Part shown: positions 8,745-17,862 of the stretch, piece by piece
How positions within the stretch are numbered: the stretch's first letter is position 1
Layout: every line of letters starts with the position of its first letter
Assembly: GCA_002715585.2 (NCBI GenBank)
Contig: PAZJ02000009.1
Coordinates: 22,379 to 71,198 of the forward strand
DNA from: a bacterium
GTDB lineage: Bacteria > Desulfobacterota_D > UBA1144
Length of the DNA: 48,820 nucleotides
Direction: 5' to 3'
The notes under the pieces: generated by a model
What the model was told of the DNA's origin: nothing
The model's input: only the letters and a program-made list of their open reading frames with translations
The model's database searches: none
Made by a program: the position numbers and the translations under genes

Positions 8745-10214
8745 ATGGATAATGATAATGAATATATAAAAGTTAGAAGAGAAAAAATTCAAAAACTCCG
8801 TGAGGTAGGCATAAATCCTTTTAAAAACGATTTAAAGCCATCTATTCTTATACAGGATTTAAAGGATATATATGTTAATCAAGATCCAGAAAGTTTTCAG
8901 AAAGATCTAAAAATTTATTCACTTGTAGGAAGGATTACTGCTATAAGAAGTTTTGGTAAATCCGCTTTTATTCAGATAAAACAGGATAATAATAACTTCC
9001 AAGTTTTTATTTCAAAAGAAACTTTAGGAGCAGACTCGCTAGATTTTTTTAAAAAATTCATTGATATTGGGGATTTTATTTTTGTTGAAGGTACATGTTT
9101 TTTTACAAAAACTAAGCAATTAACTTTGGATGTTACAAAAATTGAACTTTTGACAAAATCCTTAAGACCTCTACCTGAAAAATGGCACGGACTAACCAAT
9201 AAAGAAACAAGATATAGACAGAGATATTTAGATTTAATTTCCAACTCTGAAGTTAGAAAAATTTTTGAGATCCGTTCAAAAACTTTTTCATCAATAAGAA
9301 GTTTTCTCTCAAAAAATAAATTTATTGAAGTTGAAACTCCAATTTTACATAAAATGGCTGGGGGTGCAGCAGCAAGACCATTTACAACTTTTCATAATAC
9401 ACTTGATATGAATTTAAAATTGAGAATAGCTCCAGAGCTTTACTTGAAGAGATTGGTTGTAGGAGGTTTTGACAAGGTCTTTGAAATAGGTCGAAACTTC
9501 AGAAATGAGGGTATATCAACCCAACATAATCCTGAATTCACTATGCTTGAAATTTATGAGGCTTATTCGGATTTCAATGACATGATGAACTTGATTGAAA
9601 AGCTGATATTAAATTGTTTAGAGGATCTTAATCTAGGTAAAACTATTTCCTATCAAAACCATTCTATCAATTTTAAACTTCCTTGGGAAAGAGTCAGCAT
9701 GGTTGAGTGGACAAAAAATTTTTTAGGTTTTGATGTTTTAAACAATAAGAAGGAGTTATTCGATTATGCTATGAAGAATAATATAGAACATTTTGAACAG
9801 GAGGGAAGAGTTATATCGGAAGTATTTGAAAATAACTTTTTCAAAGAAAAATATAACCCTATTTTTGTTTATGAATTCCCTATTGATATTTCACCACTTG
9901 CTAGAAGAAACGATAAAAATAAATTGATTGCTGATAGGTTTGAACTCTATATAAATGGTAAAGAAATTGCAAATGCCTTTTCAGAATTAAATGATTCTGA
10001 TGATCAAAAACAGAGATTTGAAGAACAATTGAAATTAAAAGAACAGGGTGATGATGAAGCAAGTGATATGGATCTTGATTATGTTGAAGCTTTATCTTAT
10101 GGGTTGCCCCCAACAGCAGGTGCTGGTCTAGGCATTGATAGACTTGTGATGCTACTAACCGATTCTCCATCTATTAGAGATGTTATATTGTTTCCACATT
10201 TGAGAGACGAATGA
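8745..10214 (+). CDS. lysS: Lysyl-tRNA synthetase, class II
   Basis: 489 aa. N-terminal OB anticodon-binding region and class II motifs (FRNEG, ELNDSDDQ..RF, GLGIDRLVMLLT) are present. Confidence 0.94.
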   Translation: MDNDNEYIKVRREKIQKLREVGINPFKNDLKPSILIQDLKDIYVNQDPESFQKDLKIYSLVGRITAIRSFGKSAFIQIKQDNNNFQVFISKETLGADSLDFFKKFIDIGDFIFVEGTCFFTKTKQLTLDVTKIELLTKSLRPLPEKWHGLTNKETRYRQRYLDLISNSEVRKIFEIRSKTFSSIRSFLSKNKFIEVETPILHKMAGGAAARPFTTFHNTLDMNLKLRIAPELYLKRLVVGGFDKVFEIGRNFRNEGISTQHNPEFTMLEIYEAYSDFNDMMNLIEKLILNCLEDLNLGKTISYQNHSINFKLPWERVSMVEWTKNFLGFDVLNNKKELFDYAMKNNIEHFEQEGRVISEVFENNFFKEKYNPIFVYEFPIDISPLARRNDKNKLIADRFELYINGKEIANAFSELNDSDDQKQRFEEQLKLKEQGDDEASDMDLDYVEALSYGLPPTAGAGLGIDRLVMLLTDSPSIRDVILFPHLRDE

Positions 10215-11353
10215 AATTTATTTATTTCTTAACAAAAAAATATCTTCTTTCAATATTTACGGATAAAACTTTACGGCTGCCCGCCTTAATTTCCATTATT
10301 TCAATTTTTATTTCTGTCTTTTCGCTTTTAGTTGTTATGTTTGTAATGAAAGGATTTGAAATTAAAGTACAAAATAAGATACTTGAAAATTTTCCACATA
10401 TTATCTTAAGCAATAATGCAAAGAATAATTTTGACAGTATTGGGAATATTATTTCTTACTCAAATTCCTTAGAAGGTTATGGAGCTTATATTAATGGTAA
10501 TAAGTTTGAACTTATAAAATTAAAAGCTAAAGCTAATATAAATACTGACTCTGATATTGATGATAAGAATATTTATTATGGTGATATATCAAAGGATTTT
10601 TTATTATTAAATAATTTGGTGAAAAATGATGATTTTGAAATATATATTCCATCTCCAAACACATTAAAAAAAATTAAAAAAATAAAGATAAAGGTAAGTG
10701 ATGCAATTGATAGCTCTGAGTCAATACCAATTATATATTTTAGTTATAATCAAGCAAAGAATATAATTTTTTCAAAAGAATTTATTGAATTAAAACTACA
10801 TGACCCTTTTAAATCCAAGGAAACTATAAACTCTATAATCAATAAGAATAACCATCTGAAAGGCCAGATAGTTGACTGGCAAACAATAAACAATAATTTA
10901 TTCAATATTATGAAATTGGAAAGAGTATCTTTAGGTATATTTTTATCATTTTTAGTATTGATCGCATCAACTACAATTTATTCTAATACTACAAGTATGA
11001 TTTTTCAAAGAAAGTCAGAAATTGCTACACTTTTAATTCTTGGTGCGAAAAAAAATTATATATTAGCAGTATTCGTCTTAGTCAGCTTTTTACTATCATT
11101 TATAGGATATTTTTTTGGTGTTATCTTAGCGAAGATATCAACAAATTTGTTAGCAAGTCAAGAGATAATTGATGTATTAGATATTAATTTAACATTTTAT
11201 GGAATTGAAGGATTTCCAATAATTTTTTCATACAGTTATTTTATTATTATTTCATTATTTACTTTTTTTATGATATTGGTAGCAAGTTTTTTTCCTACAA
11301 GCTTTTATTTAAATAAAAATGTTGATGAATTAATTATGAGAGACGGCAAATGA
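10211..11353 (+). CDS. lolC: LolC/LolE-family lipoprotein-releasing ABC permease (FtsX/MacB-type fold)
   Basis: 380 aa. TM1 is followed by a roughly 200-aa periplasmic domain and three C-terminal TM segments. It is followed by a LolD-like ATPase. Only one permease gene is present. ATGA overlaps on both sides. Confidence 0.75.
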   Translation: MKFIYFLTKKYLLSIFTDKTLRLPALISIISIFISVFSLLVVMFVMKGFEIKVQNKILENFPHIILSNNAKNNFDSIGNIISYSNSLEGYGAYINGNKFELIKLKAKANINTDSDIDDKNIYYGDISKDFLLLNNLVKNDDFEIYIPSPNTLKKIKKIKIKVSDAIDSSESIPIIYFSYNQAKNIIFSKEFIELKLHDPFKSKETINSIINKNNHLKGQIVDWQTINNNLFNIMKLERVSLGIFLSFLVLIASTTIYSNTTSMIFQRKSEIATLLILGAKKNYILAVFVLVSFLLSFIGYFFGVILAKISTNLLASQEIIDVLDINLTFYGIEGFPIIFSYSYFIIISLFTFFMILVASFFPTSFYLNKNVDELIMRDGK

Positions 11354-11982
11354 TAACTTTAAAAAATGTGACGAAGAAATACAATAATTATGACTTAATT
11401 TCATATAATGATTTAATAATTAATAAAGGAGATTTTATTTCAATTGTAGGCCCATCAGGTTCTGGTAAATCAACTTTAATTGATTTAATAGCAAAATTAA
11501 ATACCTGTAGTTCCGGTGAAATAAAAATATTTGATAAATCAATTAACACTTATGATGATAAAAGATCAATACAATTATTTAGAAAAGAAATTGGAATCAT
11601 GTCGAGTACCAGTTCATTATTTTCTATATTAAACATCAGAGATAATATTTTACTACCTTTAATAATTCATAATATAGATAAATGTAATTCAAATTTTGAA
11701 CATATTATTCATAAGCTAAATTTAAAAAATTTATTAGATAAAAGTTCAGGTGATTTATCATCAGGCGAAAGACAAAGGGTATTATTGGCTAGAGCAATGG
11801 TTTTGAAACCCAAAATATTAATAGCGGACGAACCCACTGCAAATCTTGATTTAGATAATACAAAACAGCTAGTAAATTTTTTAAGATATTTGAATGATGA
11901 TTTCAAAACTACTATAATAGTTGCAACCCATGATGACATAGTTTCTAAGTCATCAAAGAGGATTTATGAGCTAGAAAAATGA
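11350..11982 (+). CDS. lolD: LolD-like ABC transporter ATP-binding protein
   Basis: 210 aa. Walker A GPSGSGKST, signature LSSGERQRV, Walker B ILIADEPT and H-loop ATHD are present. Confidence 0.78.
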   Translation: MITLKNVTKKYNNYDLISYNDLIINKGDFISIVGPSGSGKSTLIDLIAKLNTCSSGEIKIFDKSINTYDDKRSIQLFRKEIGIMSSTSSLFSILNIRDNILLPLIIHNIDKCNSNFEHIIHKLNLKNLLDKSSGDLSSGERQRVLLARAMVLKPKILIADEPTANLDLDNTKQLVNFLRYLNDDFKTTIIVATHDDIVSKSSKRIYELEK

Positions 11983-14273
11983 AATCCAAAAAATTCTTAA
12001 TAATTGGTTTAATATTATTAATAAACACTTTGCCCTCATATTCTAAGACGATTTCCGAACAAAACTATGAAGAAATAGAAATATATAAGATAGAATTTTT
12101 TGGAAATAAGATAATCAAAGATGAAAGAATAGAAAATTTAATTTCAACAAAAGTTGGTGACAGATATAAATCAAATGTAATAAAAGATGATATCAACAAA
12201 CTTTATAAAACGAATTATTTTTATAAAATTGATATAGTTGTAAAATTAATTAAAGATAAAGTTCTATTAATATATAGATTTGAAGAAAATCCAATATTAG
12301 CTGATTTAAGAATATCGGGAAATGATAAGGTTTCAGAATCTGAAATTTTGGAAATAATACCTATAGAAAAAGGCAAACTGACAAGCAGAGATATTTTAGA
12401 AACCACTAAAGCTATCATTGAGCAATTTTATCTAATTAAAGGTTTTAATGATGTTCAAATAAGCGAAAAAATCACACCAATCGGGCAAGGTTCAATTCAA
12501 TATTCAGTAACAATTAAAGAGGGAAAAAGAGGATATGTAAAAGGAATAGTGATTAAAGGAACTAGCAATGAAAACGTAGTTCAAATTTTAAAAAACTTAG
12601 AAACTAAACCAAAGTGGGTCTTTTCACCCATAACTGGCCGAGGAAGATTATCCGAGGATATTATTGATGCTGATAGATCTAAAGTCAGAGGTTTTTTTCT
12701 CAATAACGGATATATAAATGCAAAAGTATCAAAGCCCAGAATAGAATATGTAAAAGACAAAGATGGTTATCTAGTTGTATTTGATGTAGAAGAAGGTGAT
12801 AGGTATAAAGTAGGTAGTATAACTTTTAGCGGAGATTTATTAGATAATAAAGATTTGTCTGAATATACATCGCTGGATGATATTGAATATTTCAGCCTTG
12901 AAAAAATGAATGCAGATATTGAAAGTTTGACAATCGCATATGGTGATGAAGCATATGCTTTTGCGAATATAAATCCAATTTTTAATCAGGATGATCAACA
13001 ACTTAAGATTTCAATTAAATACAATATAGAGAAAGGAGAAAAATATAAAGTTAATAAAATAACTATTTCTGGAAATACAAGAACACGAGATAAAGTTATT
13101 AGAAGAGAAATTAAAATCAAAGAACAAGAAGATTACTCTGGTACTAAAATCAAGAAGTCCAAAAGTTTTATAAATAGAAGAAATTTTTTTGAATTTGTAA
13201 ATATTAAAGAAGTTCCATCAAAAGATAAACCCAATTATTTAGACCTAGAGGTTGAGGTTGAAGAAAAGCCCACTGGTTATTTTAGTATTCAAGGTGGTTA
13301 TAGTTCAGTTGAGGCATTGCTTCTAGGTGTTCAAATTCAAGAAAATAATTTATTTGGATATGGAAAATCTCTTGGAGCATCTGTCACAGTCGGAACAATA
13401 AGCCAAAATTTCTTAATAGATTATTTTGATCCATATTTTTTTGATACCTCTTATCAATTTGGCCTTCAATTATTCAAGCGAGAATATGAATATATTGATT
13501 ACGATAGAGCCAGATGGGGTGGAGTTCTTCAATTTGGTAAAGAATTAAATACATGGACCTTTGCAAGGTTGAAGTATAGATTCGAAAGTATTAAAGTAGA
13601 CGATTTGAACTCTGTTGCAACAGAAGTTTTACAAGAGAGTAAAGACAAGATTAGTTCTGTTACCTTAGGTTTAACTTATGACACAAGAGACAATTTTATG
13701 GATCCTTCAAAAGGAATAAGTTCAAGTTTTTATATTCAAGAGTCGAATAACTATTTAGGAGCAAATCTTCATTTTACAGAATATACTGCAAGTTTTGGAA
13801 AATATTATAGTTTTATTCCCAATCACACTTTAGCTTTTACAGCTGATGGAGCATTTATAGATTTTAGAAATGTTGGAGATAGATTAATTGTTTCTGAGAG
13901 ATATTATTTAGGTGGGCCTGAAAATTTAAGAGGTTATAAATTTGCAAGAGTGTCTCCAAGAAGGACTTTATCAAATGGCAAGTTTGTTAGGATTGGGGGT
14001 AATAAATATGTTTATTCAGCATTTGAATATCTATATCCATTAGCACTAGAAACTGGATTAAAAGGAATATTATTTATTGATGTCGGAGAAACTTATGAAG
14101 AAACGCAAACAATTGATTTAAATCCATGGGACATGAAAAAAGATATTGGGTTTGGTTTCAGATGGCTTTCTCCTGTTGGCCCTTTAAAATTAGATTTTGG
14201 TTTTCCACTTGGGAACAGAGAGTCTGATGAAAGTAAGTTTGAGGTTCAGTTTTCATTTGGTTCGGTATTCTAG
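11979..14273 (+). CDS. bamA: Outer membrane protein assembly factor BamA
   Basis: 764 aa. It has a signal peptide, repeated POTRA-like units and a C-terminal Omp85 barrel ending ...FEVQFSFGSVF (aromatic terminus). Confidence 0.92.
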   Translation: MKSKKFLIIGLILLINTLPSYSKTISEQNYEEIEIYKIEFFGNKIIKDERIENLISTKVGDRYKSNVIKDDINKLYKTNYFYKIDIVVKLIKDKVLLIYRFEENPILADLRISGNDKVSESEILEIIPIEKGKLTSRDILETTKAIIEQFYLIKGFNDVQISEKITPIGQGSIQYSVTIKEGKRGYVKGIVIKGTSNENVVQILKNLETKPKWVFSPITGRGRLSEDIIDADRSKVRGFFLNNGYINAKVSKPRIEYVKDKDGYLVVFDVEEGDRYKVGSITFSGDLLDNKDLSEYTSLDDIEYFSLEKMNADIESLTIAYGDEAYAFANINPIFNQDDQQLKISIKYNIEKGEKYKVNKITISGNTRTRDKVIRREIKIKEQEDYSGTKIKKSKSFINRRNFFEFVNIKEVPSKDKPNYLDLEVEVEEKPTGYFSIQGGYSSVEALLLGVQIQENNLFGYGKSLGASVTVGTISQNFLIDYFDPYFFDTSYQFGLQLFKREYEYIDYDRARWGGVLQFGKELNTWTFARLKYRFESIKVDDLNSVATEVLQESKDKISSVTLGLTYDTRDNFMDPSKGISSSFYIQESNNYLGANLHFTEYTASFGKYYSFIPNHTLAFTADGAFIDFRNVGDRLIVSERYYLGGPENLRGYKFARVSPRRTLSNGKFVRIGGNKYVYSAFEYLYPLALETGLKGILFIDVGETYEETQTIDLNPWDMKKDIGFGFRWLSPVGPLKLDFGFPLGNRESDESKFEVQFSFGSVF

Positions 14274-14300
14274 TATAATATTTTTATCTAGGAGGATATA

Positions 14301-14834
14301 ATGAAATTATTTAATAAATTTTTTGTCATTTTTTTTGTTTTTTTTGCTTTATTAATTACCTCAGACATAAATTCACAAGAGACTACTGTTGCATCACCTA
14401 AAGTTGCGGTAGTAAATTTTCAGAAGTTAGTAATAGAGTCTAACATTGGGAAAAAGTATTTAAAATCTGCAAGATCTAATGTTGAGAATAAACAAAAAAT
14501 ATTGTCTAAGTTAGAAGATCAAGTCAGAAATATGAGGGATAAATATGATGAGCAAAAGCTTGTTTTAGATGAAAAAGCCAGGGATGAAAAAGGTGAGGAC
14601 TTAGCTTATAAGATTACTGAACTAAGAAGAAAAAGGGAAGATTTTGAAGCTGATATAAAGATTCAAGATTCCAAATTTCAAAGAGATATAATGAGAGCTG
14701 CTATGAAATCAGTAAAGGTCGTCTCTGAGCAATTAGGCTATGATTTTGTTATCTCCGCTCAAGCCCCTGGCCTTATGTATTTAAACCCATCATTAGACAT
14801 AACTGATAAAGTTTTAGAACAAATGAATAACTGA
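14301..14834 (+). CDS. skp: Periplasmic chaperone Skp (OmpH family)
   Basis: 177 aa with a signal peptide and a charged coiled-coil body. It sits in the conserved position directly after bamA. SD TAGGAGGA lies upstream. Confidence 0.8.
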   Translation: MKLFNKFFVIFFVFFALLITSDINSQETTVASPKVAVVNFQKLVIESNIGKKYLKSARSNVENKQKILSKLEDQVRNMRDKYDEQKLVLDEKARDEKGEDLAYKITELRRKREDFEADIKIQDSKFQRDIMRAAMKSVKVVSEQLGYDFVISAQAPGLMYLNPSLDITDKVLEQMNN

Positions 14835-14836
14835 TT

Positions 14837-15271
14837 ATGGAATTAAATATTGATGAAATAAAGAAATATCTCCCCCATAGAGATCCATTCCTTTTTGTTG
14901 ATAAGGTTACAGATATAAATATCGGTAATGATATTGATGGTGAGATTACTTTCAATGAAAATTTGTTCTTTTTTAAAGGCCATTTTCCCGACAGACCTGT
15001 TGTTCCAGGGGTCATTATTGTAGAATCTCTTGCGCAACTTGGAGGTTTATTGATTTACAAATCTTTTGAGAATGATTTGTTAGGCAAAGATCCTGCATTA
15101 ATTGCAATAGATTCTGCAAAATTTAAGTCACCAACATTACCAGGAGATAAACTTAATATTAAAGCCCAAATCTTAAAATCAAAATTGAATATATTTAAAA
15201 TTAAGGGACAAGCTTTTAAAAGTGACAAGCTTATAGTTGAAGCAAATATAACTGCGACTATTTTAAAATAA
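14837..15271 (+). CDS. fabZ: 3-hydroxyacyl-ACP dehydratase FabZ
   Basis: 144 aa. The motif LPHRDPFLFVD...FFKGHFPDRPVVPGVIIVESLAQ is present. Confidence 0.94.
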   Translation: MELNIDEIKKYLPHRDPFLFVDKVTDINIGNDIDGEITFNENLFFFKGHFPDRPVVPGVIIVESLAQLGGLLIYKSFENDLLGKDPALIAIDSAKFKSPTLPGDKLNIKAQILKSKLNIFKIKGQAFKSDKLIVEANITATILK

Positions 15272-15287
15272 TTTATATTTTTCAGGA

Positions 15288-15316
15288 TTGAGAATATATG
15301 AGGCGTATGTTAATAT
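15288..15316 (+). promoter_or_regulatory. Candidate sigma70-type promoter for the tRNA/rpmG/secE transcription unit
   Basis: TTGAGA (15288-15293), a 17-nt spacer, then TAATAT (15311-15316), 16 nt upstream of the first tRNA. Hexamers like these arise by chance in AT-rich DNA. Confidence 0.4.
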
Positions 15317-15332
15317 ACGGCTTTATATTTTT

Positions 15333-15404
15333 GCTGGCGTAGCTCAGCGGTAGAGCAGCTGATTTGTAATCAGCCGGTCGGGGGTTCAAGTCCCTTCGCC
15401 AGCT
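15333..15404 (+). tRNA. tRNA-Thr (anticodon UGU), no encoded CCA
   Basis: Hand-folded. Acceptor GCTGGCG/CGCCAGC, D-arm GCTC-AGCGGTA-GAGC, anticodon arm GCTGA-TTTGTAA-TCAGC, T-loop TTCAAGT. Confidence 0.9.
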
Positions 15405-15411
15405 AAATATT

Positions 15412-15494
15412 GGGGATATGGCAGAGTGGACAAATGCATCAGACTGTAAATCTGACGGCGCAAGCCTACGGTGGTTCGAATCCATCTATCCCCA
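15412..15494 (+). tRNA. tRNA-Tyr (anticodon GUA), long variable arm, no encoded CCA
   Basis: Acceptor GGGGATA/TATCCCC, anticodon loop CTGTAAA in stem CAGA/TCTG, long variable arm, T-arm GGTGG-TTCGAAT-CCATC. Confidence 0.9.
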
Positions 15495-15512
15495 GGTATA
15501 TTATTGCTTATC

Positions 15513-15587
15513 GCGGGAGTAGCTCAGTTGGCTTAGAGCATCTGCCTTCCAAGCAGAGGGTCGCGGGTTCGAGTCCCGTTTCCCGCT
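15513..15587 (+). tRNA. tRNA-Gly (anticodon UCC), no encoded CCA
   Basis: Acceptor GCGGGAG/TTCCCGC, anticodon arm TCTGC-CTTCCAA-GCAGA, T-arm GCGGG-TTCGAGT-CCCGT. Confidence 0.9.
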
Positions 15588-15590
15588 TTT

Positions 15591-15662
<72 letters not shown>

Positions 15663-15724
15663 AGAATAATGTTTTTAGTAATAATTTGTTGTTACTAATT
15701 AAGTTGAGAGGTAGATTAATAGTT

Positions 15725-15886
15725 ATGGGAGATAATGTAATTGTAGTAGCATTAGAGTGCACCGATTGTATTGGTAAAGGTAGATACCATATAAGAAAGA
15801 ATAAAAAGGTTCAACGTGATAAGCTTGAACTAAAAAAATATTGTAAGCATTGTAAAAAGCATTGTTTATATAAGGAAACTAAATAG
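15725..15886 (+). CDS. rpmG: 50S ribosomal protein L33, zinc-binding (C+) form
   Basis: 53 aa starting at the internal ATG (MGDNVIVVALECTDC...KYCKHCKKHCLYKETK), preceded by GAGAGGTAG. It has two CxxC pairs and the KLELKKYC motif. The longer ORF-track start at 15686 is unlikely. Confidence 0.88.
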   Translation: MGDNVIVVALECTDCIGKGRYHIRKNKKVQRDKLELKKYCKHCKKHCLYKETK

Positions 15887-15957
15887 GGGTGTAGCTCAGT
15901 TGGTAGAGCGACGGTCTCCAAAACCGTAGGTCGGGAGTTCGAGACTCTCCACCCCTG
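15885..15957 (+). tRNA. tRNA-Trp (anticodon CCA), no encoded 3' CCA
   Basis: Acceptor AGGGGTG/CACCCCT with discriminator G, anticodon arm ACGGT-CTCCAAA-ACCGT, T-arm GGGAG-TTCGAGA-CTCTC. Very close to E. coli tRNA-Trp. Its first 2 nt are the last 2 nt of the rpmG stop codon. Confidence 0.92.
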
Positions 15958-15980
15958 TTAGGAGATTGTGATCATTTATT

Positions 15981-16163
15981 ATGTTTATAAAGTTTTTTAA
16001 TGATGTCAAAAGTGAATTAGGAAAAATTTCATGGATTGATAAATCAGAGAATATTAAATCAACTGCAGGCGTTGTGGTTGTAACTATTATCTTGGGTGTA
16101 ATTCTGCTTTTAATAGACTTATTATTTTCAAAAATTACAGAATTATTTTTAGGTGGTTATTAA
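15981..16163 (+). CDS. secE: Preprotein translocase subunit SecE (single-TM form)
   Basis: 60 aa with an amphipathic N-terminus (ELGKISW) followed by one TM helix. Conserved position between tRNA-Trp and nusG. Confidence 0.85.
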   Translation: MFIKFFNDVKSELGKISWIDKSENIKSTAGVVVVTIILGVILLLIDLLFSKITELFLGGY

Positions 16164-16720
16164 TGTCAGAAAAGTGGTATGTAGTTCATGTTACTACAAG
16201 TTTTGAAGATACGGTTAAAAGATATATTTTTGAACAAATGAAGCTTGATAACTGTCCAGGCCTGATATCAGATGTACTTGTTCCAACAGAGACTTTAGAG
16301 GAACAATTAAAAGGTGGAAAAAAGAAGAAAATTGAAAAAAAATTTTTTCCAGGATATTTATTGGTTAAAACTGAGCTAAGTAATGATTCATGGCATTTCT
16401 TAAGAAATATCCCTAAAGTTATAGGCTTTGTCGGTGGTAAAATTAAAGATGGAAAACTTGATCCTGATTCTGTTCCCACTGTTGAGCAGTCAGAAATAGA
16501 TAAAATGAGAAATAAAATTGAAGAGGGTACGCTAAAACCAACGCCAAAAATAATGTTTGATAAAGGAGAGTCTGTTAAAGTTACAGAAGGACCGTTTGAG
16601 AGTTTTACAGGTATAGTTGAGGAAGTAAAAGTTGAAAAAGGTAAAATTCAAGTTATAGTTGAAATCTTTGGCAGAGCAACGCCAATAGATTTAGATTTTA
16701 ATCAGGTGGAAAAGATATAA
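16163..16720 (+). CDS. nusG: Transcription termination/antitermination factor NusG
   Basis: 185 aa. N-terminal NGN domain (KWYVVHV...FPGYLLV) and C-terminal KOW domain ([21 protein letters not shown]). TAATG overlap with secE. Confidence 0.93.
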   Translation: MSEKWYVVHVTTSFEDTVKRYIFEQMKLDNCPGLISDVLVPTETLEEQLKGGKKKKIEKKFFPGYLLVKTELSNDSWHFLRNIPKVIGFVGGKIKDGKLDPDSVPTVEQSEIDKMRNKIEEGTLKPTPKIMFDKGESVKVTEGPFESFTGIVEEVKVEKGKIQVIVEIFGRATPIDLDFNQVEKI

Positions 16721-17139
16721 TGAAAAAAATAAGTGGAAGTTTAAAATTGTTGTGTGAAGCCGGTAAAGCCTCTCCTGCGCCCCCTATTGGACCAGCCTTA
16801 GGTCAAAAGGGTGTAAATATTATGGAGTTTTGTAAAGCTTTCAATGCTGAAACTGAAAAAAAAGAAGGAATTCTTCCGGTTGTAGTTACTGTGTATGAAG
16901 ATAGGTCTTTCAGTTTTCAGGTTAAAACTCCACCAGTTTCTTATTTAATTAAAAAAGCTGCAAATATTAAAAAAGGTTCGCAAACTACCCCGATTGTTAA
17001 GGTTGGGAAGATTTCAAAATCTCAAGTAGAAGATATTGCAAAAACAAAAATTAATGATTTAAATGCAAATGATATTTCTGCCGCAATGAAAATTGTTGAA
17101 GGTACAGCGAAAAGTATGGGTGTTGAGGTATCAGGTTAA
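16720..17139 (+). CDS. rplK: 50S ribosomal protein L11
   Basis: 139 aa. The motif [28 protein letters not shown] is present. TAATG overlap with nusG. Confidence 0.96.
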   Translation: MKKISGSLKLLCEAGKASPAPPIGPALGQKGVNIMEFCKAFNAETEKKEGILPVVVTVYEDRSFSFQVKTPPVSYLIKKAANIKKGSQTTPIVKVGKISKSQVEDIAKTKINDLNANDISAAMKIVEGTAKSMGVEVSG

Positions 17140-17862
17140 ATGAGTAAGTTAAAAGATAAAATTGAAAATATTAATTCTAAATTTGATAAGAATAAACTTT
17201 ACTCGGTTAAAGAAGCAGTTGAGATAATTAAAGAAATTAATTCTTCCAAATTTGATGAAACAATTGATATTTCTGTTCTGTTAGGAATTGATCCAAAAAA
17301 ATCTGATGAACAAATCAAATACGCAATAATTCCGCCTCATTCTTTAGGTAAATCTGTAAAAGTTTTAGCTATTTGTAATGGCGATTATATATCTAAAGCT
17401 ACTGATGCAGGAGCAGATCACGTTGGAGGGGAAGAAATAATAGAAAAAATTATTAATGAAAACTGGATAGATTATGATGTGGTGATAGCAATACCAGAAT
17501 TAATGCCTAAAGTTGGAAAGCTAGGTAAAGTCCTTGGACCAAAAGGTATTATGCCTAGCCCAAAAATGGGAACTGTCACAAAAGATATTGAAAAAGCTGT
17601 TAAAGAATCTAAGCTTGGTAGAATAGAAATAAAAAATGATAAACTTGCACTTGCAAATTTTCCGGCTGCAAAAAAATCTTTTGAATTAGGCAAGATTCTA
17701 GATAATATTTACTATTTAATGGACTCTTTAATATCTGCTAAACCTTCCTCCTCAAAAGGTGTTTTTATGAAAAAATTAACCATTTCATCAACAATGGGCC
17801 CAGGAATAAAAATTGACGTTTCATCCTTAAAAGAAGAAATTAAAAATGGGGTACCGGCATAA
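17140..17862 (+). CDS. rplA: 50S ribosomal protein L1
   Basis: 240 aa. Motifs [21 protein letters not shown] and [15 protein letters not shown] are present. The start directly abuts the rplK stop. Confidence 0.95.
   Translation: MSKLKDKIENINSKFDKNKLYSVKEAVEIIKEINSSKFDETIDISVLLGIDPKKSDEQIKYAIIPPHSLGKSVKVLAICNGDYISKATDAGADHVGGEEIIEKIINENWIDYDVVIAIPELMPKVGKLGKVLGPKGIMPSPKMGTVTKDIEKAVKESKLGRIEIKNDKLALANFPAAKKSFELGKILDNIYYLMDSLISAKPSSSKGVFMKKLTISSTMGPGIKIDVSSLKEEIKNGVPA

Noticed and set aside
15675-15698. A hairpin TTAGTAA-N10-TTACTAA follows the last tRNA-Thr and could be a terminator before rpmG.
   Set aside because: The stem is only 7 bp, almost all A-T, with a 10-nt loop and no following T-tract. 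It is too weak to call.
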